From NCBI GenBank assembly GCA_963697015.1, contig CAVOML010000024.1:12227-76226 (forward strand): a DNA stretch of 64,000 nucleotides, in the 5' to 3' direction. Below the pieces are notes generated by a model. The model did no database searches, had not been told where the DNA came from, and saw nothing but the letters and a program-made list of their open reading frames with translations. This document shows, in pieces, positions 34,138 through 43,981 of this stretch (the first letter of the stretch is position 1; the number at the start of each line of letters is the position of its first letter). Position numbers and translations under genes: made by a program. The stretch comes from an uncultured Alphaproteobacteria bacterium (lineage in GTDB: Bacteria > Pseudomonadota > Alphaproteobacteria > Rhizobiales > Xanthobacteraceae).

Positions 34138-35259
34138 GTGAAAGAGGCAAGTGATCAGCGCCGGTTGGCGCGCAACGATCTGGCGTGGGCGATAGCGGTC
34201 GGCGGCATCGGCGTGGTGCTGTTTTGGGCGCTGTTGTGGTTCGCCTGGCATTTTGCTGCCACGCTGTTCCTGATATTCGCCGGCATGCTGCTCGGCGTCG
34301 GGCTCAACGCCATGACCCAGCTGCTCGGCCGCGCGATCCGGCTGCCGCAACCGTTGCGGCTGGCGATCGTCTGCCTCACGCTCGCGGTTCTCCTGTCGGG
34401 GGTGCTCGTGCTCGGCGGCGCCACCATCGCCGAGCAGGCGACGGTGCTGAGCAACACGATCAAATCGCAATTGACCAATGTCAAATCCTTCCTCGAGAAG
34501 AATGGCGTCGACACCAGCTATTTCGAGCTCGGCAATCCGAGCGAGGCTGCGAGCGACGCGGCCGGCTCCGCCACACCCGGCGGCACACCAAGCACACACA
34601 ATCTCCCGAGCGCCAGCACGCTCGCCTCCAGCGGCGGCGCGATCGTAAGTCGGACCGTGAAAGTGCTGCTCGGCACCGTGAGCGCGGTCGGTAACTTCTT
34701 TATCGTGCTGTTCCTCGGACTTGCTTTTGCCGCGCAGCCCGCGATCTACCGCGCCGGCTTGATCTTCATGGCACCCAGCAAATATCGCACACACATCATC
34801 GCCATCGTTGATCGCATCGGCGACACGCTGGAGCGCTGGCTGCTAGCGCAGCTGCTCACCATGTTCGCAGTGTTTGCCGTGACCTCGATCGGGCTGGCGC
34901 TGATCGGAATCCCCAGCTCGTTCATCCTGGGCATACAGGCCGGCCTGCTGGCCTTCATTCCGACGGTGGGCGCGCTGATCGGCGGCCTCATCGTCGTGCT
35001 CGCAAGCTTCGCATCAGGCTGGGTCGCGGCGCTGAGCGCCTTCATCCTGTTCCTCGGCGTCCATGTGCTGGAAAGCTACATCTTGACGCCGATCATCCAG
35101 CGCCAGGCACTCGACATTCCGCCGGCAACGCTGTTCGCATTCCAGATCCTGCTCGGCGTCGTCTTCGGCATCTGGGGCCTGGCGCTGGCGCTGCCGCTAA
35201 TGGCGGTCGGCAAGGTCGTGATCGACTATTGCAAGGGCGATGAGGCCGTCGCAGCCTAA
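34138..35259 (+). CDS. AI-2E (PerM) family transporter
   Basis: Multiple TM segments, FIPTVG, ESYILTP, GIWGLALALP. Confidence 0.9.
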   Translation: MKEASDQRRLARNDLAWAIAVGGIGVVLFWALLWFAWHFAATLFLIFAGMLLGVGLNAMTQLLGRAIRLPQPLRLAIVCLTLAVLLSGVLVLGGATIAEQATVLSNTIKSQLTNVKSFLEKNGVDTSYFELGNPSEAASDAAGSATPGGTPSTHNLPSASTLASSGGAIVSRTVKVLLGTVSAVGNFFIVLFLGLAFAAQPAIYRAGLIFMAPSKYRTHIIAIVDRIGDTLERWLLAQLLTMFAVFAVTSIGLALIGIPSSFILGIQAGLLAFIPTVGALIGGLIVVLASFASGWVAALSAFILFLGVHVLESYILTPIIQRQALDIPPATLFAFQILLGVVFGIWGLALALPLMAVGKVVIDYCKGDEAVAA

Positions 35260-35558
35260 CCCGCCGCGGTCACCACTGTCTCGGTGTGCTCGACCTCGGG
35301 CGGGGACGCAAAATACTGTCCGACCAGTCCGCGCCATTCGGCAAAATTCTCCGAACCACGGAAGTCGACAGTGTGGTTCTCCAAGGTCTCCCATTTCACC
35401 ATCAGCCGGTAACGCTGCGGCTTCTCGATCGAGCGATGCAGCTCAAAGCCGTGAAAGCCTTTTGAGCGGCCGAAGGCGGCACGGGCCTTGGCGACCGCCG
35501 CCTCAAAATCCTTCTCGCTGCCGGGCTTGACGTCGATCTGTGCGATTTCGGTGACCAT
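35256..35558 (-). CDS. Antibiotic biosynthesis monooxygenase (ABM) family protein
   Basis: VKPGSEKDFE, LHRSIEKPQRYRLMVKWET..H. Confidence 0.88.
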   Translation of the reverse strand: MVTEIAQIDVKPGSEKDFEAAVAKARAAFGRSKGFHGFELHRSIEKPQRYRLMVKWETLENHTVDFRGSENFAEWRGLVGQYFASPPEVEHTETVVTAAG

Positions 35559-35625
35559 GATAGCCTCTCTCCCAACGAACCCCGCGCTTCTACCGTGCCA
35601 GGCGCCGTCTTGGAAAGAGCGGCGG

Positions 35626-35826
35626 CTAATTGCAACAGTTTCCCGCCTGCATCGGCGGGCATTTCATCGAGCCATAGGAGCAGAACACACAGCAATCGCC
35701 CGGCCGGGGCTTCAGCCTTTGGCCGCACGCCTTGCAGTCATAGAAGAACCGGCAGGCGTCGGTCGGCATCGTCTCGCGCGCCTGATGGGCGCAGTGCGGA
35801 CAGGTGATGGTCGATTCAAGCTGCAT
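35626..35826 (-). CDS. GDCCVxC-domain cysteine-rich small protein
   Basis: STITCPHC...MPTDAC...DCKAC...GDCCVFCSYG..CPP. Confidence 0.85.
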   Translation of the reverse strand: MQLESTITCPHCAHQARETMPTDACRFFYDCKACGQRLKPRPGDCCVFCSYGSMKCPPMQAGNCCN

Positions 35827-35888
35827 CGGCACGACGATATCGTGACGCGACGGAGGAGAATACCGCTAATCCGGGATCGACAGCCTCA

Positions 35889-36125
35889 TCAGCCGAGTAA
35901 AATCGCCGTGCCCAGCATCAGCAACGCGCAGCCACCAAACACCACCAGCGGCCAGGGGCTGATTGGCCGCGCGTAACGGCCCTCGGCGCGCCGCTCGCTG
36001 ATCAGCGCGTTCTCGTATTCGTCCGACGTGGAGAACATGCAGGCAAAACCGCCGCGGGCGGAAGCGGCATCGGCTTCAAGGGAGAGCAGCGCGGCTTGGA
36101 CGCTGCGATTGCGGCGTGTATCCAT
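35889..36125 (-). CDS. Small hypothetical protein with C-terminal TM helix
   Basis: 78 aa; hydrophobic tail WPLVVFGGCALLMLGTAILLG. Confidence 0.65.
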   Translation of the reverse strand: MDTRRNRSVQAALLSLEADAASARGGFACMFSTSDEYENALISERRAEGRYARPISPWPLVVFGGCALLMLGTAILLG

Positions 36126-36180
36126 GGAACCGATGATGGGACCGAACGGTAAATGAGACGTTACCATTCGCCTCGCCCCA

Positions 36181-37404
36181 TCATGCGACCGCCGGATTCT
36201 CTCGGGCAGCCGACAGCCCGGCGGTTTTCCGCCGCCAGTTCTCCAGCGACAGCGGCAGCTCTTCCGCTGCCTCGACGCGGTTACGGCCGCTGCGCTTGGC
36301 CTGATAGAGCGCGGTGTCGGCAGCCGCGAGCAGCACCTCGAGCTCGGTGCCGGCGGGCCCGCCTGCGACGCCAATGCTGACCGTGGTATCGACCGGCCCC
36401 TGCTCCGACACAATTCCCGAGGCCTCAAAAGCCTCGCGCACACGCTCGGCCGCCAGCACGCCCTCCTCCAGCGGACAGGGCAACAGTGCCGCGAACTCCT
36501 CGCCGCCGATCCGGCCCGACAGGTCGGAGATACGCAAGCTGCTCAGCACGATCGTTGCGAACAGTTTCAACAGCTCGTCGCCCGCCGGATGACCGAAACG
36601 GTCGTTGATGCCCTTGAAATGGTCGATGTCGAAGATCAGCACCGTCGCGGGTCGCCCGGCATTGGCCTCGCGCTCGATCAGCCGCGCGCAGGCTTCGGAG
36701 AAGCCGCGGCGATTGAGCATGCCGGTCAGGGGATCCATCGATGCCGCGGTCTTGTGCGCGGTCACCGTGCGCTCCGACACCAGCATGAAGATCACGAAAA
36801 CGGTGCCGACCGCATAAAGCACGAGTTCAACCGAGAACATCGTGACCCAGATGCTCGAGCCGAATTTCTCATCGGTGCCGTGCAGGAGATCGCCGAGCAG
36901 GATCGGCAGCATCAGCACGCAGCCGTGCAGCACCGGCACCACGATCGCGGGCCAGCGGCGCTTCAGCGATTTGCGCCGCTCCGTCCACAATTCGGCGGCG
37001 GTCAGCGCCGCATAGATCGCGACGATCGCCGCACCTGTGGTCAGGCGGAGCGCGGTCGACCTGGGATCGAGCGTCACCGCCGCCGCGATCCAGACTACCG
37101 CGCCCAGCACGAGCCCCACGAGATTGGGCTTGCGGCCATGGAAGACGCGCGCGGCGTTCCAGACCATGCCGCAGGCAAGAAAGCCGACGGCGTTGAGCGC
37201 GAGCGAAATCATGGCGCCGAGCGCATGACCGGCGAGCGTCCACAGCGCGACCGACGCCGCGCCGAGCAGATAGGCCGTGCCCCACCAGATCAGCGCAGGA
37301 TTGTTCTCCTGCCTGCCGAAAAACAGCAGCATGGCGCCGAGCAGCGCCGCGACCATGGTGGCGACCAGATAAAGCGTGATGCTGTCGAGCGACATTTCGC
37401 TCAT
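36181..37404 (-). CDS. Membrane-bound diguanylate cyclase
   Basis: About 7 TM N-terminus, DPLTGMLNRR, DIDHFK, I-site RISD, active site GGEEF. Confidence 0.95.
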   Translation of the reverse strand: MSEMSLDSITLYLVATMVAALLGAMLLFFGRQENNPALIWWGTAYLLGAASVALWTLAGHALGAMISLALNAVGFLACGMVWNAARVFHGRKPNLVGLVLGAVVWIAAAVTLDPRSTALRLTTGAAIVAIYAALTAAELWTERRKSLKRRWPAIVVPVLHGCVLMLPILLGDLLHGTDEKFGSSIWVTMFSVELVLYAVGTVFVIFMLVSERTVTAHKTAASMDPLTGMLNRRGFSEACARLIEREANAGRPATVLIFDIDHFKGINDRFGHPAGDELLKLFATIVLSSLRISDLSGRIGGEEFAALLPCPLEEGVLAAERVREAFEASGIVSEQGPVDTTVSIGVAGGPAGTELEVLLAAADTALYQAKRSGRNRVEAAEELPLSLENWRRKTAGLSAARENPAVA

Positions 37405-37627
37405 CCCGATTGATGCAATCTATCCGGTTGATCCGGATTAGCGTTGCGCGCCTCTAACAGCAGGACTCTAGCGATGTCCGCCTTCGAAATGCGTTTGTAC
37501 CCGGCCCCAAGTTTTCGCGAAAAACCGGATCGACTTGTCTGCAAAGAAGCAACAAAAAAGGGCGCAAACCTTGCGCCCTCTTTACTATTCGTAAACGCGG
37601 TTTTTGCCGCGATTTGTCGCGAAACGA

Positions 37628-38104
37628 TTAGCGCTTCGAGAACTGGAACGACTTGCGCGCCTTGGCGCGGCCGTACTTTTTGCGCTCGACGGTGCGGGAG
37701 TCGCGGGTGAGGAACCCACCCTTCTTCAGGACACTGCGCAGTTCCGGCTCGAAGTTGGTTAGCGCCTTGGATATGCCGTGCCGCACCGCACCGGCCTGGC
37801 CCGAGAGGCCGCCGCCGGCGACCGTGCAGATCACGTCGTACTGGCCATTGCGGGCGGCTGCGACCAGCGGCTGCTGGATCATCATGCGCAGCACCGGACG
37901 GGCGAAGTAGATTTCGACGTCGCGGGTGTTCACGGAGATCTTGCCAGCGCCGGGCTTGATCCAGACGCGGGCGACCGCGTCCTTGCGCTTGCCGGTAGCA
38001 TAGGCGCGGCCCTGCTTGTCGACCTTCTTGACGTATTTCGGCGCTTCGGGAGTGGCCGGCTTGAGCTGGGCGAGCTGATCGAGCGATTGCATGCTTTCGG
38101 CCAT
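37628..38104 (-). CDS. rpsI: 30S ribosomal protein S9
   Basis: [31 protein letters not shown]. Confidence 0.99.
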   Translation of the reverse strand: MAESMQSLDQLAQLKPATPEAPKYVKKVDKQGRAYATGKRKDAVARVWIKPGAGKISVNTRDVEIYFARPVLRMMIQQPLVAAARNGQYDVICTVAGGGLSGQAGAVRHGISKALTNFEPELRSVLKKGGFLTRDSRTVERKKYGRAKARKSFQFSKR

Positions 38105-38105
38105 G

Positions 38106-38570
38106 TTATGCGGCCCTCATGTTCTTGCGGTTCATCTTGGCGATATCGACCTTTTCCGGCTGCTGCGCCTCGTGCGGGTGCTCGGCGCCGGGATAGACAT
38201 GCAGGTTACTCATCTGCATGCGGCCGAGCGGACCACGCGGGATCATGCGTTCGATCGCTTTCTCCACGACACGCTCGGGGAAACGGCCCTCCAGGATTTC
38301 GCGCGCCGTGCGCTCCTTGATGTGGCCGACATAGCCGGTGTGCTTGTAATAGACCTTCTGCTCGCGCTTGCGGCCAGTCAGCACCGCATGCGCGGCGTTG
38401 ACGATAATGACGTTGTCGCCGCAGTCGACATGGGGCGTGTAGGTCGGGAGGTGCTTGCCGCGCAGCCGCATGGCGACGAGCGAAGCGAGACGGCCGACCA
38501 CCAGACCCTTGGCGTCGATCACAACCCACTTCTTCGTCACCTCGGCAGGCTTTGCCGAAAACGTTTTCAT
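38106..38570 (-). CDS. rplM: 50S ribosomal protein L13
   Basis: [29 protein letters not shown]. Confidence 0.99.
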   Translation of the reverse strand: MKTFSAKPAEVTKKWVVIDAKGLVVGRLASLVAMRLRGKHLPTYTPHVDCGDNVIIVNAAHAVLTGRKREQKVYYKHTGYVGHIKERTAREILEGRFPERVVEKAIERMIPRGPLGRMQMSNLHVYPGAEHPHEAQQPEKVDIAKMNRKNMRAA

Positions 38571-38728
38571 CAGAGGCATCCGTGAAATGAAAATCGGCAC
38601 GCAAGACCGCGCGCCGAACTGGGCGGCTTTCTAGAGAACGACCTCCTGCGCGTCAATGCCGAATGAAGATGAATATGTTAGTAAAAACAGTATCTTATAA
38701 ATATGGTGTAATATTACCTCCAAAAAGC

Positions 38729-39157
38729 CTATTTAGTTGGAATGGAATAGGTTGCCGTGACATGGGCAATCGGATCGGGCGAATTGCCTGACAGCAGCGT
38801 CACTTCGCCGACCGCGAGCCGCTTGCCGAGCTTCAGGATCTTCGCGGCCGCCAGCACATCCTGCCCCGCCTGGCCCTTGCGCAGGAAATTGATGTTGAGG
38901 TTGGTGGTGACCGCAAGACCGACCGGGCCGATCGCCGACAGCAGCACGACATACATGGCGCAATCGGCAAGCGCCATCAGCGTCGGCCCCGACACCGTAC
39001 CACCCGGACGCAGCATCCGGTCGCTGTAGCGCTGGCGCACCAGGCAGGTCTCGCCATCGGCATGCTCGATCGTAAGATCGTCATCGCTAAACATTTGTGG
39101 AAGCTCGGTGCGCAGGAAAGCATCGAGTTCAAGCGCAGTCATTCGTGCTGCTGTCAT
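38729..39157 (-). CDS. PaaI-family thioesterase
   Basis: RPGGTVSGPTLMALAD, TTNLNINFLR. Confidence 0.9.
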   Translation of the reverse strand: MTAARMTALELDAFLRTELPQMFSDDDLTIEHADGETCLVRQRYSDRMLRPGGTVSGPTLMALADCAMYVVLLSAIGPVGLAVTTNLNINFLRKGQAGQDVLAAAKILKLGKRLAVGEVTLLSGNSPDPIAHVTATYSIPTK

Positions 39158-39170
39158 CAACGACCGGCTG

Positions 39171-39983
39171 CTATATCTTCGCAAAATCGCCGTGCCGGCC
39201 GAGCCCGTCGCTGAAACGACCTGCTCCCGCCACGCCGTTTTCAATCAATGCCTCGCGCCCGTTGTACCACTCCTGAATCAGAGCCTCGCGGACAGTAAGT
39301 CCATGGCTCTTGATGGCAGAGCGTCGGTCGGCACGGACGCAAACCTGAGGAAAGCGCGCGATCTCCTGTGCGAGGGCCTCTGCCTTCGCGCGCGCTCCCC
39401 CCTTCGGGGTGAGGTATTCGCACAGGCCAATGGACATGCACTCCTCGGCAGGCACTTTGCGTCCCGTTAGGATGATCTCGAGCGCGCGGCCCTGGCCCAC
39501 AATACGCGGCAATCGCACCGTGCCCCCATCGATAAGCGGCACCCCCCACCTACGGCAATAAACGCCGAAATAAGACCCTTCGGCCATCACCCGAAAATCG
39601 CACCATAGACCTAGTTCCATGCCGCCGGCGACGGCAGGCCCCTCGATCGCAGCAATCACCGGTTTGTCCAGCTCAAGGCGAGAAGGCCCGAGCGGGCCGC
39701 GTGGAATTTCGCCGCCGTTGCCGCGTGGCCGGGCCGTCGCAATATCAAGCTCGCCCAGCGGATAAGCGGCGTTGAGCGTGCTGACATATTTCAGGTCCCA
39801 CCCCGCGCAGAAGGCGCCGCCGGCGCCATAAAACACCGCAACGGAGGCGTCCTTTTGAGCATCGAACTCCAGAAAAGCAGTTGTCAGGGCGTCAGCGCTT
39901 TGAGGGTCCATGGCATTGCGAGCTTCCGGCCGGTCGTGAATGATCGTCCATACCGGTCCGGCTTTCTCTATTCTGACGGTCAT
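39171..39983 (-). CDS. Crotonase / enoyl-CoA hydratase family protein
   Basis: FCAGWDL, AVAGGMELGLWCD, RRWGVPLIDGGT. Confidence 0.92.
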   Translation of the reverse strand: MTVRIEKAGPVWTIIHDRPEARNAMDPQSADALTTAFLEFDAQKDASVAVFYGAGGAFCAGWDLKYVSTLNAAYPLGELDIATARPRGNGGEIPRGPLGPSRLELDKPVIAAIEGPAVAGGMELGLWCDFRVMAEGSYFGVYCRRWGVPLIDGGTVRLPRIVGQGRALEIILTGRKVPAEECMSIGLCEYLTPKGGARAKAEALAQEIARFPQVCVRADRRSAIKSHGLTVREALIQEWYNGREALIENGVAGAGRFSDGLGRHGDFAKI

Positions 39984-40023
39984 TTGCAGCCTCCTCGCAA
40001 GGCAAATCGCTAATTTCATATGA

Positions 40024-40040
40024 CGTTAAATAATTTAACG
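40024..40040. promoter_or_regulatory. Candidate TetR operator, palindrome CGTTAAA-TAA-TTTAACG
   Basis: Perfect 7-bp arms in the 97-bp divergent region between the crotonase gene and tetR. Confidence 0.7.
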
Positions 40041-40080
40041 CTGTTCAAATTATCGGTCAACTGTGCTATTGAGAATCACG

Positions 40081-40725
40081 ATGGCGAAAGAGCGGAAAAT
40101 CAGCCGGCAGAAGGCTGTGAGCGACCTGAAGCGCGAGCTGATCCTGGATGCAGCGCGGAGGGTATTCGAAGCGGACGGTTTGGAAGGCGCGTCGTTGCGT
40201 TCGATTGCCGCCGGTGCGGGCTACACGCCCGCCGCGCTCTATTTTCACTTCGAGTCCAAGGAAGCGATCTACGCAGAGGTTCTCAGAAGTTCGCTCGCTA
40301 ATCTCCAACAGACCGTCAACCGATCGATCGTCCGCGCCAAGGCGCCGGCCGACCGGCTGCGGGCCGCGGCGATGGCTTTCTTTGGCTATTATGCTGACAA
40401 TCCGGGGGATCTCGATCTTGGCTTCTACCTATTTCGTGGCGGCATGAAGCCACAAGGTCTCGGTAAGGAGCGGGACGACATACTGAATGCGGCGCTGGAG
40501 TCAGCCCTGCAGCCGATCGCCGATGCCGCGCAGGCTCTCGGCGCGCAGCGCGCGGAAGCGAGATCGTTGACGGCGGATATATTTGCGCATGCGGCCGGGC
40601 TTTTGCTATTGGCTCACACTGGCCGCATCCGCATGTTTGGAGCTTCGGCCCCGCTGCTTATGGAACGCTTCATCGAGGCCAAAGTCGCGGCCCTGACCGA
40701 AAAAACAAAAGAGCGAAGCCCTTAA
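40081..40725 (+). CDS. TetR/AcrR-family regulator
   Basis: ILDAARRVF..DGLEGASLRSIA..AGYTPAALYFHFESKE. Confidence 0.93.
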   Translation: MAKERKISRQKAVSDLKRELILDAARRVFEADGLEGASLRSIAAGAGYTPAALYFHFESKEAIYAEVLRSSLANLQQTVNRSIVRAKAPADRLRAAAMAFFGYYADNPGDLDLGFYLFRGGMKPQGLGKERDDILNAALESALQPIADAAQALGAQRAEARSLTADIFAHAAGLLLLAHTGRIRMFGASAPLLMERFIEAKVAALTEKTKERSP

Positions 40726-40851
40726 ATCGCAATCCGCGAGGGCTCACTCTACCGAGTGAACCGCGTTCACCTCGGATAATCTTCGGCCAGGATGGTAGCC
40801 CGGCCCCGGATATGGAATCCCCGAATGTCTGCTCAGCCCGCCCGCGTTCCA

Positions 40852-41649
40852 ATGTCAGACGCTCCAATCCTGTTGCGCGAGACCGTCGGCAGCGTTGTCA
40901 TCCTCACCTTCAACCGTCCGGAAAAGCGCAACACGCTGTCGGAGGAAGTGATTGCCGCGCTGCATGCGACACTCGACGAAATCGCGGCCGACAAGAGCGT
41001 ACGCGCGCTTGTCATCGCATCCCAGGGACCGGCTTTCTCCTCCGGGCATGATTTGAAGCAACTGACCTCCCATCGCAGCGATGGCGACGGCGGGCGCGCC
41101 TATTTCGCCAGGACCATGAATGCCTGCAGCGCCATGATGCAGGCGATCGTCAACCTACCGAAGCCGGTGATCGCGGCGGTCCAGGGCATCGCCACCGCCG
41201 CCGGCTGCCAACTGGTCGCGACCTGCGATCTCGCCGTCGCCTCCGACGCCGCACGCTTCGCCACGTCGGGTATCGACAACGGCCTGTTCTGCTCGACGCC
41301 GATGGTGGCGCTGTCGCGCAACGTGCCGCGCAAGCAAGCCATGGAAATGCTGATGACGGGCGAGATGATTCCGGCCGAACGCGCGCGCGAAATCGGCCTC
41401 GTCAATCATGTGGTTCCCGCCGGCCATGAGCGCGACACCGCAATTGCGCTGGCGCAAAAGATCGCGCGCAAATCTGCACTCGCCGTCAGGCTCGGCAAGC
41501 AGGCGTTCTACCGCCAGGCCGGGATGGACCTTGCCGACGCCTATCGTCTCACGGCAGAAGTGATGACCGAGAACATGATGGCGTTCGACGCCATCGAAGG
41601 CATCGGTGCCTTCATCGAGAAGCGCGAGCCGAAGTGGCAGGATAAATAG
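40852..41649 (+). CDS. Enoyl-CoA hydratase family protein
   Basis: FSSGHDL, ATAAGCQLVATCD, FCSTP, EKREPKW. Confidence 0.92.
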   Translation: MSDAPILLRETVGSVVILTFNRPEKRNTLSEEVIAALHATLDEIAADKSVRALVIASQGPAFSSGHDLKQLTSHRSDGDGGRAYFARTMNACSAMMQAIVNLPKPVIAAVQGIATAAGCQLVATCDLAVASDAARFATSGIDNGLFCSTPMVALSRNVPRKQAMEMLMTGEMIPAERAREIGLVNHVVPAGHERDTAIALAQKIARKSALAVRLGKQAFYRQAGMDLADAYRLTAEVMTENMMAFDAIEGIGAFIEKREPKWQDK

Positions 41650-41653
41650 TCAT

Positions 41654-41750
41654 CCTCATCCTGAGGAGCCGCGAAGCGGCGTCTCGAAGGATGAGGCCCG
41701 ACCGTGGCCTCATGGCTCGAGACGCGCGTTCCGCGCTCCTCACCATGAGG
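41654..41750. repeat. REP-like inverted palindrome pair (CTCATCCTGAGGAG family)
   Basis: CCTCATCCTGAGGAGCCGCGAAGCGGCGTCTCGAAGGATGAGG followed by an inverted degenerate copy CCTCATGGCTCGAGACG...CTCCTCACCATGAGG. Confidence 0.8.
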
Positions 41751-41769
41751 GTCCGGGAAGAAAGAACTC

Positions 41770-42354
41770 ATGAATCACGACGCCTACCCCGACGACTACA
41801 TCCGCGGCATCCTCAACAGCGTCAAATCGATCGCCATGGTCGGCGCGTCTCCCGTTGACGTCCGGCCGAGCTACTTCGCGTTCAAATACCTGGTGCAGCG
41901 CGGCTACGACATGATCCCGGTCAATCCCGGCCATGTCGGCAAGAGCCTGCTTGGCCGGCCGTTTGTCGGCCGGCTTGCCGAGATCGGTCGCCCCATCGAC
42001 ATGGTCGAGATTTTCCGCAGCTCTGCCCACATCACGCCGGTGGTCGACGAGGCGCTGAAACTCTCGCCGCTGCCGAAGGTGATCTGGATGCAGCTCGGCG
42101 GGCGCGACGATGCCGCGGCCGCCAAGGCCGAGGCCGCGGGCATCGAGGTCGTGATGAACCGCTGCCCGAAGATCGAATGGGGAAGGTTGTCGTCGGAGAT
42201 TTCCTGGATGGGCGTCAATTCCCGCACCATCTCGGCCAAGCGCGCGCCGATTCCGACGCAGGGCATGCGGCTTTCGCTGAACCGGACGAGCGTCGGCGGC
42301 GGCGCTACTGCGGCCTCCGACCGCGCGGCAAAAAACCGAAACGATCCTGCCTGA
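41770..42354 (+). CDS. CoA-binding protein (YccU-like)
   Basis: IAMVGAS, PVNPG, WMQLG, MNRCPKIE. Confidence 0.9.
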   Translation: MNHDAYPDDYIRGILNSVKSIAMVGASPVDVRPSYFAFKYLVQRGYDMIPVNPGHVGKSLLGRPFVGRLAEIGRPIDMVEIFRSSAHITPVVDEALKLSPLPKVIWMQLGGRDDAAAAKAEAAGIEVVMNRCPKIEWGRLSSEISWMGVNSRTISAKRAPIPTQGMRLSLNRTSVGGGATAASDRAAKNRNDPA

Positions 42355-42564
42355 CGCAACTGCGAAACAATTGTTTCCAAACCGTGGTGCCGCCAAGCAC
42401 GATCGTTGCGAAGTTCTATCGCGCCATCGAGTCTCCTTGACGGCGGTTTTCCCTGACGCGATTGTCCCCTGTTGAGGGGAGGCGCACGCGCGCTGCCCCG
42501 ACTACAAGATCGGCGCGCAGTGGCCCGCCGCCCACCGCCATATTGCCACGATGAAGGAAACAGA

Positions 42565-43845
42565 ATGAACGATCGTGTCCCGGGATTTTCAACCCTTGCC
42601 GTGCATGCCGGCGCACAGCCCGATCCCACCACCGGCGCGCGCGCCACGCCGATTTATCAAACCACGTCATTCGTATTCAACGACGCCGATCACGCCGCCT
42701 CGCTGTTCGGGCTGCAGGCGTTCGGCAATATCTACACGCGCATCGGCAACCCGACCAATGCCGTGCTGGAAGAGAGGGTCGCCGCGCTCGAAGGCGGCAC
42801 CGCCGCGCTCGCGGTCGCTTCCGGCCACGCCGCTCAGGTGGTCGTGCTGCAGCAGCTTCTGAGGCCGGGCGATGAGTTCGTGGCCGGGCGAAAACTCTAT
42901 GGCGGATCGATCAACCAGTTCACCCACGCCTTCAAGAGTTTTGGCTGGAACGTGGTGTGGGCTGACAACGATGACGTCGCAAGTTTCGAGGCGGCGGTGA
43001 GCCCGCGCACCAAGGCGATCTTCATCGAGTCGATCGCCAACCCCGGCGGCACCATCACCGATATCGAGGCGGTCGCCGCCGTCGCGCACAAAGCCGGCGT
43101 GCCCCTGATCGTCGACAACACGCTGGCGTCGCCCTACCTGATCAAGCCGATCGACCACGGCGCCGACATCGTCGTGCACTCGCTCACCAAATTCCTTGGC
43201 GGCCACGGCAACTCGATTGGCGGCATCATCGTCGATGCCGGTACCTTCGACTGGTCGAAGGGCAATAAATATCCGATGCTCAGCGAGCCGCGGCCGGAAT
43301 ATCACGGCATCAAGATCCACGAGACTTTTGGCAATTTTGCCTTCGCGATCGCCTGCCGCGTGCTGGGTCTGCGCGACCTCGGACCCGCGCTGTCGCCCTT
43401 CAACGCGTTCCTGATCCTCACCGGCATCGAGACCTTGCCGCTGCGCATGCAGAAGCATTGCGAGAACACCAAGGCGATCGCTGAATTCCTGCAGGGTCAT
43501 TCCGCGGTGGCGTCCGTCAGCTATGCGGGGCTCGCCGGCGACAAATACAACAACCTCGCGCGCAAATATGCCCCAAAGGGCGCGGGCGCAGTGTTCACCT
43601 TCTCGCTCAAGGGCGGCTACCAGGCCGGCGTCAATCTGGTGTCGAAGCTGAAGCTGTTCTCGCATCTGGCCAATGTCGGCGACACCCGCTCGCTGGTGAT
43701 CCACCCGGCTTCCACCACGCACAGTCAGCTCGACGATGCCGCCAAGGTGAAGGCAGGCGCGGGGCCGGACATCGTGCGGCTGTCGATCGGGATCGAGGAC
43801 AAGGAAGACCTGATCGCGGACCTCGATCAGGCGCTGACCGCGTAA
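42565..43845 (+). CDS. metY: O-acetylhomoserine aminocarboxypropyltransferase (sulfhydrylase)
   Basis: TPIYQTTSF, YTRIGNPT, PLP lysine SLTKFLGGHG, NVGDTRSLVIHPASTTH. Confidence 0.93.
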   Translation: MNDRVPGFSTLAVHAGAQPDPTTGARATPIYQTTSFVFNDADHAASLFGLQAFGNIYTRIGNPTNAVLEERVAALEGGTAALAVASGHAAQVVVLQQLLRPGDEFVAGRKLYGGSINQFTHAFKSFGWNVVWADNDDVASFEAAVSPRTKAIFIESIANPGGTITDIEAVAAVAHKAGVPLIVDNTLASPYLIKPIDHGADIVVHSLTKFLGGHGNSIGGIIVDAGTFDWSKGNKYPMLSEPRPEYHGIKIHETFGNFAFAIACRVLGLRDLGPALSPFNAFLILTGIETLPLRMQKHCENTKAIAEFLQGHSAVASVSYAGLAGDKYNNLARKYAPKGAGAVFTFSLKGGYQAGVNLVSKLKLFSHLANVGDTRSLVIHPASTTHSQLDDAAKVKAGAGPDIVRLSIGIEDKEDLIADLDQALTA

Positions 43846-43981
43846 TCTGCCGGCGGCACGGCGATTATTTCGCCGTCCGCAGGGCGCGCAGCGCCGCCCG
43901 TTAACCTTCCGTTCACCATACTCCGCAAGCATGCGCGGGTAGGGAATGAGCGCGTGAACGGAAGGGATTCGGAGCCAAGCG

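Noticed and set aside
42380-42460. SAM-II or SAM-SAH riboswitch before metY
   Set aside because: The conserved SAM-II segments (GTGGTGATTTG, GCTAAA) are absent and the resemblance to SAM-SAH is only partial; retained only as a weak structured-leader finding.
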